A DNA stretch of 64,000 bases from positions 257,956 to 321,955 of the forward strand of contig CAVURK010000009.1 of NCBI GenBank assembly GCA_963743855.1, written 5' to 3'. Positions 39,429 to 48,461 of the stretch are shown here, piece after piece. The notes beneath the pieces were generated by a model. It searched no databases, was not told the DNA's origin, and worked only from the letters and a program-made list of their open reading frames with translations. Each line of letters opens with the position of its first letter. Within the stretch, counting starts at the first letter, position 1. The translations under genes were made by a program, and so were the position numbers. The stretch comes from an uncultured Chloroflexia bacterium. GTDB taxonomy: Bacteria; Chloroflexota; Limnocylindria; Limnocylindrales; CSP1-4.

Positions 39429-40976
39429 ATGGCGGTCCCGGACCTCGAACACCCCACGGTGCGGCGCGGCCGGGCCGCGCGCCAGACCGAGCGACTGGCA
39501 CGTCACATGGACACGCTGCCCTTCCTGACGAGGAAGCTGCCGCCGGTCGAAGTCATCGGGGTCGGCGGTCTCGAGCAGATCGAGGCCAACGCCGACACGC
39601 TCCTCGAGCAGGTCGGCATCGAGATCGTCAACTTCCCGGAGGCGACCGAGATCTTCCGCGGCGCCGGCGCGGATGTCGACGGCCAACGGGTCCGCTTCCC
39701 GCGCGGGATGTGCCGCTCCCTGGTCCAGGCCACGGCCCCCCGGATCTTCACCCAGCTCGCCCGCAACCCGGCGCGGAGCGTGGAGATCGGCGACCCGTAC
39801 ATGGTCCTCGTCCCGACCTATGGCTCGCCGTTCATCCACAACCTCGACGAGGGCCGCCGCTACGCGACGATCGAGGACTTCCGCAACTTCGTGAAGCTGA
39901 CGTACACGAGCCTGACCCTCCACCACGGCGGCGGGACGCTGTGCGAGCCCGTCGACCTGCCGGTCAACAAGCGCCATTTCGAGATGGTCTACAGCCACAT
40001 CCGCTACTCGGACCGGGCGTTCATGGGCTCGGTCACCCATCCGAGCCGAGCCCAGGACTCGGTCGAGATGGCGAGGATCGTGTTCGGGGCCGAGACCATG
40101 GAACGCGAGCACGTGATCATGGGCCTGGCCAACGCCAACTCACCGATGTCGTGGGACTTCAACATGCTCGGCTCGGCCAAGGTCTACGCCGAGAACAACC
40201 AGATCATGCTGATCACGCCGTTCATCCTCGGTGGCGCGATGGCCCCGGTGACGGTCGCGGCCCAGGCCACCCAGACGCTCGCCGAGGCACTCGCCGGGAT
40301 GGCGTTCTGCCAGATCGTCCGGCCTGGTGCGCCGGTCATCTTCGGGTCGTTCGCGTCCTCGATGTCGATGCAGTCGGGTGCCCCGACGTTCGGGACCCCC
40401 GAGCCGCAGCTGGTCCTGTTCGTGCTCGCCGCCCTCGCCCGCCGGCTCGGCGTCCCGTTCCGGAGCGGTGGCAACTTCACGGCATCCAAGCTGCCCGACT
40501 ACCAGGCCGCCTACGAGAGCGCCATCAGCTACATGGCCACGATGCAGGCGGGGGTCAACTTCAACCTCCACACCGCGGGCTGGCTCGAGGGCGGGCTGGC
40601 GATCGGCTACGAGAAGTTCATCCTCGACGAGGACCAGGCATCGATGACCGGCGCCTACGTCGGCGGCGTCGACCTGACCGACAACGGCTACGCCCTCGAC
40701 GCGATGCTGGCGGGCGGCCCCGGCCAGCATTTTCTGGGTTCGCCGCACACGCTGGCCAACTTCGAGAACGCCTTCTGGCGCTCCGAGATCTCCAACAACG
40801 ACAGCTTCGAGCAGTGGGAGATCGACGGCGGGCTCGATGCCGCCCAGCGGGCGAACGTCCGCTGGAAGCGCCGGCTCGCCGAGTACGAGATGCCGCCGCT
40901 CGACGAGGGGATCCACGAGGAGCTCCTCGACTGGCTGGGGCGGCGCAGGGCGAGCTTCCCCGATTCGGACGTCTAG
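39429..40976 (+). CDS. MttB-superfamily (trimethylamine methyltransferase family) protein without pyrrolysine: a putative quaternary-amine methyltransferase
   Basis: Intact 515-aa ORF with no in-frame TAG. Family blocks: ITPFILGGAMAPVT, RPGAPVIFGSFASSMSMQSGAPTFGTPE, AAYES and HTAGWLEGGLAIGYEKFILD. GAGGAG lies 5 nt before the ATG. Confidence 0.9.
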   Translation: MAVPDLEHPTVRRGRAARQTERLARHMDTLPFLTRKLPPVEVIGVGGLEQIEANADTLLEQVGIEIVNFPEATEIFRGAGADVDGQRVRFPRGMCRSLVQATAPRIFTQLARNPARSVEIGDPYMVLVPTYGSPFIHNLDEGRRYATIEDFRNFVKLTYTSLTLHHGGGTLCEPVDLPVNKRHFEMVYSHIRYSDRAFMGSVTHPSRAQDSVEMARIVFGAETMEREHVIMGLANANSPMSWDFNMLGSAKVYAENNQIMLITPFILGGAMAPVTVAAQATQTLAEALAGMAFCQIVRPGAPVIFGSFASSMSMQSGAPTFGTPEPQLVLFVLAALARRLGVPFRSGGNFTASKLPDYQAAYESAISYMATMQAGVNFNLHTAGWLEGGLAIGYEKFILDEDQASMTGAYVGGVDLTDNGYALDAMLAGGPGQHFLGSPHTLANFENAFWRSEISNNDSFEQWEIDGGLDAAQRANVRWKRRLAEYEMPPLDEGIHEELLDWLGRRRASFPDSDV

Positions 40977-41006
40977 GCCGCCGCGATCCAGCCGACCGAG
41001 CCCGAG

Positions 41007-43058
41007 ATGACCGCCGGCGATCCGCTGCTCCAGCCGTTCCAGCTGCGGCACCTCACGCTCCGCAACCGGATCATGAGCCCCAGCCATGAGCCGGCCTACG
41101 CCGAGGACGGCAAGCCCAAGCTCCGGTACCAGCTCTACCACGAGGAGAAGGCGAAGGGCGGCATCGCCCTGACGATGTTCGGTGGGTCCACGAACGTGGC
41201 GCCCGACTCGCCGCCGGTCTTCGGTCAGCTGTACGCGGGGGACGACGACATCATCCCGTGGTTCCGCCAGATGGCGGACCGGATGCATGCCCACGGCACG
41301 GCCACCATGGTCCAGCTGACCCATCTCGGGCGGAGGACCGTGGCAGACGATGGCGACTGGCTGCCGACGATCTCGGCGTCATCCGTCCGCGAGCCTGCCC
41401 ACCGGAGCTTTCCCAAGGAGATGGAGGAAGGCGACATCCGGCGCGTCGTCCGCTCCTTCGGAGCGGCGGCCCGTCGCTGCAAGGAGGGCGGCCTCGACGG
41501 CCTCGAGCTGGAGGCCTACGGCCACCTGATCGACCAGTTCTGGTCGCCTCTCGTCAATGCGCGGACGGACCGGTACGGCGGCTCGCTCGAGAACCGGATG
41601 CGCTTCTCCATCGAGGTGCTCGAAGCAGTCCGCAGGGAAGTCGGCGACGAGTTCATCGTCGGCATCCGGATGAGCGGAGCGGAGGACCTGCCGGGCGGCC
41701 TGACCGAGTCCGACTGTCTCGCGATCGCGACGGCCCTTTCGCGGACCGGGATGATCGACTTCATCAACGTCATCAAGGGTTCGATCGCGACCGACGAGGC
41801 GCTGTCCCACGTCATCCCGGGGCTCGGGACGCCGCTCGGGCCGGGCCTCGAGCTGGCCGGACGGTTCCGCGAGCGTCTCGACCTGCCGATCTTCCACGCC
41901 GCCCGGATCGCGGACGTCGCGACCGCTCGATACGCCATCGCCGAGGGGCTGGTGGACATGATCGGGATGATGCGAGCGCACATGGCCGACCCGCACATCG
42001 TCCGGAAGCTGGAGGCAGGGGAGGCGGACCGGATCCGGCCGTGCGTCGGGGCGTCGTACTGCCTCAACCGGATCTACGTCGGTCTCGACGGCCTGTGCAT
42101 CCACAACGTCGCGACCGGGCGCGAGGAGACCGTCCCGCAGCTCACGGTCCCGAGCACGGGTCCGCGCCGGACGGTCGTCGTCGTGGGCGCGGGGGCCGCC
42201 GGCCTCGAGGCCGCCCGGGTCGCGGCCGAGCGCGGCCATCGGGTCATCCTGGTCGAGGCGGCCTCGGATCCGGGCGGGCAGATCCGCCTCGCAGCGCGGG
42301 CGACTCCGAGGCACGCGGATCTCATCGGGATCGTCGACTGGCTCGTCGCGGAATGCCGGCATGCTGGAGTCGAGATTCGCTTCGACACCGTCGCCGACGT
42401 GGCCGACATTCTCGCCCTCGACCCGGACGTCGTGATCGTCGCGACCGGCGGAGTGCCACGGATGCCCGCCCTGACCGAGGGCGAGGACCTGGTCGTGAGC
42501 ACCTGGGACGTCATCGGCGGGGCGGTGACGCCGTCACGTGGCGAGGTCCTGGTGTTCGACGACCACGGCGCCGAGGCAGCGCTGTCGTGCGCCGAGCGGA
42601 TGGCCTCCTCGGGTTCGACGGTCGAGATCGTGACCCCCGACCGCCATGTCGGGCTCGAAGTGACCGGGACCGACTACCCGGCCTACCTCGCCGCGTTCTA
42701 CGCCGCGGGCGTCCGGCTGACCACCGATCACCGGGTGGTCGCCGTGCGCCGGACCGCGGACCGCCGCCTCGAGGTCGACCTGCAGAGCGATTACACCTCA
42801 ACGACGACGCATCGCGTGGTCGACCAGGTCGTCGTCGAGCACGGGACCGTGCCGAACAGCGAGCTCTACCTCGGCCTGCGTCCCGGGTCGTCGAACGGCG
42901 GCGAGCTCGACCTCGACGCGTATCTCGCCGGTCGGCCGCAGACGCTCATGGTCGACGACGCGGGCACTTACCAGCTGTTCCGGATCGGTGACGCAGTCGC
43001 GAGCCGGAACATCCACGCCGCGATGTACGAGGCACGACGCCTCGCGATGGCGCTGTGA
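41007..43058 (+). CDS. DgcA/StcD-like FMN+FAD flavoprotein (N-methyl amino acid demethylase family)
   Basis: Intact 683 aa. The OYE domain contains KGGIALTMFGG and VQLTHLGR. Also present: RPCVGASYCLNRIYVGLDGLCIHN and VVVVGAGAAGLEAARVAAERGH. The length and architecture match StcD/DgcA-type demethylases. Confidence 0.85.
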   Translation: MTAGDPLLQPFQLRHLTLRNRIMSPSHEPAYAEDGKPKLRYQLYHEEKAKGGIALTMFGGSTNVAPDSPPVFGQLYAGDDDIIPWFRQMADRMHAHGTATMVQLTHLGRRTVADDGDWLPTISASSVREPAHRSFPKEMEEGDIRRVVRSFGAAARRCKEGGLDGLELEAYGHLIDQFWSPLVNARTDRYGGSLENRMRFSIEVLEAVRREVGDEFIVGIRMSGAEDLPGGLTESDCLAIATALSRTGMIDFINVIKGSIATDEALSHVIPGLGTPLGPGLELAGRFRERLDLPIFHAARIADVATARYAIAEGLVDMIGMMRAHMADPHIVRKLEAGEADRIRPCVGASYCLNRIYVGLDGLCIHNVATGREETVPQLTVPSTGPRRTVVVVGAGAAGLEAARVAAERGHRVILVEAASDPGGQIRLAARATPRHADLIGIVDWLVAECRHAGVEIRFDTVADVADILALDPDVVIVATGGVPRMPALTEGEDLVVSTWDVIGGAVTPSRGEVLVFDDHGAEAALSCAERMASSGSTVEIVTPDRHVGLEVTGTDYPAYLAAFYAAGVRLTTDHRVVAVRRTADRRLEVDLQSDYTSTTTHRVVDQVVVEHGTVPNSELYLGLRPGSSNGGELDLDAYLAGRPQTLMVDDAGTYQLFRIGDAVASRNIHAAMYEARRLAMAL

Positions 43059-43721
43059 CTACCGGAACGAGATGACGAGCAGGACCAGCGAGAGCGCCAG
43101 AAGGCAGGCGGCCAGCACGGCGGGCAGGACGATCCGGATCGTCAACGATCGCAATCGACTGCCCCCGAAACGCATCCGGTAGTCGGCGTCGAGGGCGAGC
43201 ATGTCCGCCATCGAGCGGATCGGCCGCGGGTCACCGTGGACCGACCGCAGTCGCATCGATCCGGCTCTGTGCGCGTCGACTGCATCGGCGATCGTGGTCG
43301 GGACGATCCGCACCTGGAGACGTGACTGGTCCGTCGGACTCCCGATGGGATGGATGGTGCCGAGCCACATGCCGTCCTCCCAGGCCGAATAGATCCCGGT
43401 CAGGGGAACGCCACCCAGGCCGCCGGCAAGGATCGCGTACGACTCTGCGTCGTCGGCAGCCATGATCCATGCAAAGCGTTCCCCGACAGGAAGATCCAGG
43501 CTGGTCTCACCCAGCTCCCGATAGCCCGCCTCGGTGAGCAGCGCCTGACGATCGCGGATCCCGGCGGGCGCTGCCGGTGCGCGACCCGTCGCGTCGCGCT
43601 GGCGGCGACGCCCGGTGCCTGCGTAGATCTGCCAGCTGCGCACCGCACCCGGACCGAGCCTGAGAAGGAGGATGCCCGACACGATCGCAAGCAACAGAGC
43701 CACGATCCGTTCGATCGGCAT
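43059..43721 (-). CDS. Hypothetical membrane protein (N- and C-terminal TM helices)
   Basis: Intact ORF with TM segments IVALLLAIVSGILLL and IVLPAVLAACLLALSLVLLVI. Its stop abuts the convergent flavoprotein stop. Confidence 0.5.
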   Translation of the reverse strand: MPIERIVALLLAIVSGILLLRLGPGAVRSWQIYAGTGRRRQRDATGRAPAAPAGIRDRQALLTEAGYRELGETSLDLPVGERFAWIMAADDAESYAILAGGLGGVPLTGIYSAWEDGMWLGTIHPIGSPTDQSRLQVRIVPTTIADAVDAHRAGSMRLRSVHGDPRPIRSMADMLALDADYRMRFGGSRLRSLTIRIVLPAVLAACLLALSLVLLVISFR

Positions 43722-43745
43722 GCACCGAATCCTCCTCAGCGCCGG

Positions 43746-44438
43746 TCAGGCGACGGGCCGCTCGTAGATCGCGAGCTGCCAGATCAACGTCGTGCGGTGC
43801 ATCCGTTTCACGAGGCCATGCGCCGCGAGGATGTCATCGACGTCGACAGTGCGATGCACGTAGACGCGGAAGGGTGAACGGACGATGCGGAACCTGGCGT
43901 TCAAGAGCGTGGTGCCGAGCCGGCCGAACCACGAGTCGCGAGGATAGATGAGGCCGAATCGCCGGCGCGCGAGGGTCGCCGAACGACCGACCAGCGACGC
44001 CATGTCCGCGTAACAGCAGACGACGCGATCGAGCGCGACGAGGTCCGCCGTCTGGATCTCGTCTGCAAGCGCGACGAAGTCGCCGGTGACGTATCGGACA
44101 CGATCGCCGTGGCCCTGCGCCTCCGCTTCCTCGCGCGCTACGGCGATGTAGGCACGAGACGCATCGACATCGACTGCGGACGCTGCTCCCGCCAGCAACA
44201 GTCCGAGGTGGACCGCACCGACGCCGGCGCCGATGTCGAGCACGGTATTCCCGTCGACGCCGCCAGCAGCGAGCCCATCGATCAACGCCCTCGTCAGACC
44301 CATCGGGCCATTCTCGCGGTAGGCGCGAAGCTGCCTCGCGGCGTGGCGGTCGTCGAACTGATGGTCGAGCGGGGAGTCGCCGGGCGAGCAGCAATCCATC
44401 TCAACGATCGTAGCAGCAGGTCGGCTGCGGCCGACCAC
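43746..44438 (-). CDS. Class I SAM-dependent methyltransferase
   Basis: Motif I VLDIGAGVGAV and post-I VDVDAS. The start could be GTG 44438 or ATG 44399. Confidence 0.7.
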   Translation of the reverse strand: MVGRSRPAATIVEMDCCSPGDSPLDHQFDDRHAARQLRAYRENGPMGLTRALIDGLAAGGVDGNTVLDIGAGVGAVHLGLLLAGAASAVDVDASRAYIAVAREEAEAQGHGDRVRYVTGDFVALADEIQTADLVALDRVVCCYADMASLVGRSATLARRRFGLIYPRDSWFGRLGTTLLNARFRIVRSPFRVYVHRTVDVDDILAAHGLVKRMHRTTLIWQLAIYERPVA

Positions 44439-44447
44439 GCAACCTCG

Positions 44448-46553
44448 TCAGTCCGGCACGAACTCCGGGTCGGCGAGCGCTGTCGGTTCGTCGGGCCGGG
44501 GCGGCGGTGCCTTGCGCTGGAGGACGCGCAGCTCCTCGAGCGGGATATGGCAGCTCATCAGGTGGCCCGGCTCGACCTCGACCAGCGGCGGCTCGGTCAC
44601 CTCGCACAGGCCGCGGATCACGCGTGGGCAGCGGGTGTTGAAGACGCACCCGCTCGGCGGATTGGCCGGGCTCGGGATCTCTCCCTCGAGGATGATCCGC
44701 TTGCGGTCCTCGCCGTCCACGTTCGGGACCGCGGACAGCAGGGCTTCGGTGTACGGGTGGTTCGGGCCGCGGAAGACGGTCTCGGAGTCGCCGACCTCCA
44801 TGATCCGGCCGAGGTAGAGGACCGCGATCCGGTCGGCGAGGTAGCGCACCACGCCGAGGTCGTGCGAGATCAGCAGGTAGCTCGTCTTGCTCTTGGCCTG
44901 CAGCTCCGAGAGCAGGTTGAGGATCGCGGCCTGGACCGAGACATCGAGCGCGCTGGTCGGTTCGTCGGCGACGACGATCCGCGGGTCGCCCGCGAACGCC
45001 CGGGCGATCGCCACGCGCTGCTTGAGCCCGCCCGACAGCTGGCGCGGCTTGAGGTCGAGATGACGCTGCGTGAGCCGCAGGTCGGCAGCGAGCTTGTCGA
45101 CCCGTTCGTTGACCGCCTTGCCCTTGAGCCCGGTCAGCTTGCTGACCGACCGCTGGAGGATGTGGCGCGCGGTCCAGCCGCGATTGAGCGCCGAATCCGG
45201 GTTCTGGAAGACCATCTGGATCGAGCGCTTGTCGGCCGTCGGCCGGCCCGCCGATCGGGCCGCGAGGGCGTGCTCATCGAGCTCGAGACTGCCCCCGACG
45301 TCCGGGCTCTCGATGCCGAGGATCGTCTTGGCCAAGGTCGACTTGCCGGAACCCGATTCGCCGACCAGCCCGAGGGTCTCGCCATCGAACAGCTTGAGAT
45401 CGACCTTGACCAGGGCGGGGATATCGTGGCCGCTCTGGTGGAAGGTCTTCGACACGTGGTCGACAGTCAGGGACAGATCGCCGTGGACGGTGTCCGTGCC
45501 GACGATCGGCGGCGCCTCGACGAGCTGCCCGAGGCGGTCGCGATGATGGCAGCGCGTCCAGCGACCGCCCCCGACGTCGACGATCGGCGGGATCACGGTC
45601 CGGCACAGCTCGTCGGCCAGCGGGCAGCGATCGACGAAGACGCAGGTCGGCAGGTCCGTCCCGATCTGCGGCAGGTTGCCCGGGATCGTCGACAGCGCGC
45701 GCTCGGTCTTGCGGATGCCGCGACGCGGCAGCGAGCGCAGGAGCCCGAGGGTGTACGGATGCTCGGGATGTTCGAAGACCGCGGCCGCATCGCCCTCCTC
45801 GACGATCTTGCCCGCGTACATGACCCCGACCCGGTCGCACATCGTGCGGATGACGCCGAGGTTGTGGGCGATCAGCAGGACGGCCGCGTTGGTCTCCGCC
45901 TGGAGCGAGCGGACGAGGTCGAGCACGCTCGCCTCGACGGTCGCGTCGAGACCGGTCGTCGGCTCGTCGAGGACCAGCAGCTTCGGGTCCGAGGCGAGGG
46001 CGATGGCGATGACGACGCGCTGCTGCATCCCGCCCGACAGCTGGTGCGGATAGCGCTGCGCGACAGCCTCCGGGTCGGCGATCTGGACGCGGCTGAGGGC
46101 CTTGAGCGCGTTCGCCTCGGCCTCTTTCTTGCCCTGGCCCAGGACGGTGAACGCCTCGACGACCTGCGGCCCGATCTTGGTCGACGGGTTGAGCGCCGCG
46201 CCCGGGTCCTGGTAGACCATCGAAGCGTGATGGATCCGGAACTGGCGGACGGCCTCGTCGTTCATCTTCGTGATGTCGTTGCCGTCGACGAGGATCCGCC
46301 CGCCGGTGATGACGCCGTTACGCGGCAGGTACCGGACGGCGGCGTATGCGGTGGTCGACTTGCCGCAGCCGGACTCGCCGACCAGCCCGTACGACTCGCC
46401 GGGCCGGACCTCGAACGAGACGCCGCGCAGGACCGGGCGCCGGATGCCGCGGACGACATAGGCCAGCGACAGGTCCTCGACCTTGAGTGCGGCGGGTGGT
46501 GTCGGCGGCTCCGAGGGGGGCGGCCCGCCGGTCGGCGCGATCGTGGTCGTCAT
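44448..46553 (-). CDS. Fused double ATP-binding subunit of an Opp/Dpp-type ABC transporter (DppD-DppF fusion)
   Basis: Two Walker A motifs (GESGCGKST; GESGSGKST), two LSGG signatures (LSGGMQQR; LSGGLKQR) and C-terminal oligopeptide-type extensions (HPYT...). ATGA overlap with the permease gene. Confidence 0.9.
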   Translation of the reverse strand: MTTTIAPTGGPPPSEPPTPPAALKVEDLSLAYVVRGIRRPVLRGVSFEVRPGESYGLVGESGCGKSTTAYAAVRYLPRNGVITGGRILVDGNDITKMNDEAVRQFRIHHASMVYQDPGAALNPSTKIGPQVVEAFTVLGQGKKEAEANALKALSRVQIADPEAVAQRYPHQLSGGMQQRVVIAIALASDPKLLVLDEPTTGLDATVEASVLDLVRSLQAETNAAVLLIAHNLGVIRTMCDRVGVMYAGKIVEEGDAAAVFEHPEHPYTLGLLRSLPRRGIRKTERALSTIPGNLPQIGTDLPTCVFVDRCPLADELCRTVIPPIVDVGGGRWTRCHHRDRLGQLVEAPPIVGTDTVHGDLSLTVDHVSKTFHQSGHDIPALVKVDLKLFDGETLGLVGESGSGKSTLAKTILGIESPDVGGSLELDEHALAARSAGRPTADKRSIQMVFQNPDSALNRGWTARHILQRSVSKLTGLKGKAVNERVDKLAADLRLTQRHLDLKPRQLSGGLKQRVAIARAFAGDPRIVVADEPTSALDVSVQAAILNLLSELQAKSKTSYLLISHDLGVVRYLADRIAVLYLGRIMEVGDSETVFRGPNHPYTEALLSAVPNVDGEDRKRIILEGEIPSPANPPSGCVFNTRCPRVIRGLCEVTEPPLVEVEPGHLMSCHIPLEELRVLQRKAPPPRPDEPTALADPEFVPD

Positions 46554-47440
46554 TCGTTGAGCACCGATTGCAGGCTGTCGGCGATGAGGTTGACCGCGAT
46601 GACCGTGCTGGCGATGGCCAGCGCCGGGAAGAGGGTCGGCCACCAGATCCCGGAGATCATGTTCGTGTATTCCTGGCTGACGCTGAGGCCCCAGTCGGGC
46701 GATGGCGGCTGGAGGCCGACGCCGAGGAACGACAGGGTGGCGACGGTGAAGATCGCGTAGCCGAAGCGGACCGTCATCTCGACGACCGTCGGCCCAAGGA
46801 CATTCGGGAAGATCTCGCGCGACAGGATGAACAAGCCCGACTCGCCGCGCAGCTTGGCCGCGGTCACGTAGTCGAGCTCACGCTCGGACAGGACCGCCGA
46901 ACGCACCGTCCGGGCGACGATCGGCGTGAACAGGATCCCGACGACCGCCACCACGACGAGTGGCGAGGTGCCGAGGACGACGAGCGTCAGCAGGGCGACG
47001 AGGACGACCGGCAAGGCCAGGAAGGCCTCGATGATCCGGCCCAGGACGTCATCGACCTTCCCGCGGTAGTAGCCCATCGTCAGCCCGAGGAGGGTTCCGC
47101 ACGTCACGCCGAGGAGTGCCGCCAGCGGAGCCACGATCAGCACGTCCCGCGAGCCGACCATCACTCGCGACAGGACGTCGCGCCCGATCCGGTCCGTTCC
47201 CATCCAATGCTCCGGGCTCGGCGGCAGGTGTCCCGTGGTGAAGTAGTTGAACGGGTCGTACGGCGTGATCCGCTGGCCGAGGACCGCGCAGATGATCCAG
47301 CCGATGATGATGATGTTGCCGATGATGAACGCCGGGCGGTGGAGCAGGAGCCGGATGGTCTCGCGGCGCGCCTGCGACCGCTCCGAGACGGGTGCTGCCA
47401 CGGTGGGTCCGAGCGGGGTCGGCTCGACGATGACGTCCAT
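46550..47440 (-). CDS. Opp/Dpp-type ABC transporter permease (DppC-like)
   Basis: Starts at the internal ATG (MDVIVEP...), overlapping the upstream stop as TGATG. Contains the HWMGTDRIGRDVLSR motif and six TM segments. Confidence 0.9.
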   Translation of the reverse strand: MDVIVEPTPLGPTVAAPVSERSQARRETIRLLLHRPAFIIGNIIIIGWIICAVLGQRITPYDPFNYFTTGHLPPSPEHWMGTDRIGRDVLSRVMVGSRDVLIVAPLAALLGVTCGTLLGLTMGYYRGKVDDVLGRIIEAFLALPVVLVALLTLVVLGTSPLVVVAVVGILFTPIVARTVRSAVLSERELDYVTAAKLRGESGLFILSREIFPNVLGPTVVEMTVRFGYAIFTVATLSFLGVGLQPPSPDWGLSVSQEYTNMISGIWWPTLFPALAIASTVIAVNLIADSLQSVLNE

Positions 47441-48393
47441 CAGCCTTGGGTATCGAGCCGGATCCGCGGGTTCATCCATGCCGTGATCAGGTCGGCCGTC
47501 AGGGTCGCCAGCATGTAGACGACCCCGATGACGATGACGCCCGCGGTGAGCATCGGCAGGTCCTTGTGCTGGGCGGCCTGCAACATCGTCGCGCCCATCC
47601 CGTTGTAGTTGAAGATCTTCTCGACCGCGATGATCCCGCCGAACAGGTAGCCGATCTGGACGGCGATGACCGCGATCGTCGGGACCAGCGCGTTACGCAG
47701 GACGTGGCGCCGCATCGTCTGGCTCGTGGTCAGCCCTTTCATCGTGGCCGTCCGCGTGTAGTCGGACTGGAGCGCCTCGATCGCGCCGGCGCGGGTCATC
47801 CGGGCGATGTAGCCGAAGTAGACGATCGCCATCGCGATCGCCGGCATCAGCAGGTAGCGGACCTGGGTCGGGATGTCCGCGTTCGGCGGCGGCGTGGCGA
47901 GCACGGGTAACCAGCCGAGCTGGACGCCGACGACCACGACGAGGATCGTGCCTGTGATGAACTCCGGGATCGACGACGTGGTGACCCCGAGCAGAACGAT
48001 CGCCCGATCCGCCTTGCGGTCACGCCGTCTCGCGGCATAGAGCCCGGCGATGATGCTGAGCGGGATGGTGATGAGCAGGGCCAGGAAGGCCAGCTTGGCC
48101 GATCTCCCGACCGCGCCCAGGATCTGCGGCAGGACATCCTGCTGCGAGGCAAACGATTCGCCGAAATCGAGCGTGACCAGGCGGCGCATCTGGTCGACGT
48201 ACTGGACGATGAGCGGCCGGTCCGTTCCGAGCCGCTGGTTCAGGGCGTCGACGCTCTCCTGCGGCGCGAACGGGCCCAGGATCGTCCTGCCGACGTTGGA
48301 CGGCAGCATGTTCGTGATGACGAAGACGATCGAGGCGAGCAACCACAGTGTGACCAGGGACAGGGCCAACCTGCGCGCAAAGTAGCGGGTCAT
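47440..48393 (-). CDS. Opp/Dpp-type ABC transporter permease (DppB-like)
   Basis: Begins MTRYFARRLALSLVTLWLLASIVFVI. The EAA-type loop is DYTRTATMKGLTTSQTMRRHVLRNAL. Confidence 0.9.
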   Translation of the reverse strand: MTRYFARRLALSLVTLWLLASIVFVITNMLPSNVGRTILGPFAPQESVDALNQRLGTDRPLIVQYVDQMRRLVTLDFGESFASQQDVLPQILGAVGRSAKLAFLALLITIPLSIIAGLYAARRRDRKADRAIVLLGVTTSSIPEFITGTILVVVVGVQLGWLPVLATPPPNADIPTQVRYLLMPAIAMAIVYFGYIARMTRAGAIEALQSDYTRTATMKGLTTSQTMRRHVLRNALVPTIAVIAVQIGYLFGGIIAVEKIFNYNGMGATMLQAAQHKDLPMLTAGVIVIGVVYMLATLTADLITAWMNPRIRLDTQG

Positions 48394-48425
48394 GCCCCCA
48401 CCAAAGCGGGCCGCGCGACGTCAGG

Positions 48426-48451
48426 CATGGGGCGCTGGCTGGCGCCCCATG
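48426..48451 (-). other. Intercistronic 10-bp perfect stem-loop between the SBP and permease genes
   Basis: CATGGGGCGC-tggctg-GCGCCCCATG lies in the 68-nt gap downstream of the SBP stop (48462). Confidence 0.5.
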
Positions 48452-48461
48452 CCGTGGTCGT

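Noticed and set aside
37289-41089. 1266-aa 'giant' ORF
   Set aside because: It is a chimera. The first ~630 codons are the genuine flavoprotein frame. After the +1 frameshift at ~39260, the ORF merely reads through out of frame across the MttB gene, producing Arg/Pro-rich nonsense.
44109-46760. 883-aa plus-strand ORF. Similar ORFs are 48712..50385(+), 32213..34123(-), 48020..49381(-) and 55531..57018(-).
   Set aside because: All lie antisense to strongly conserved ABC transporter, SBP or MttB genes. Their composition is low-complexity Arg/Asp/Gly-rich, so they are high-GC artefacts.
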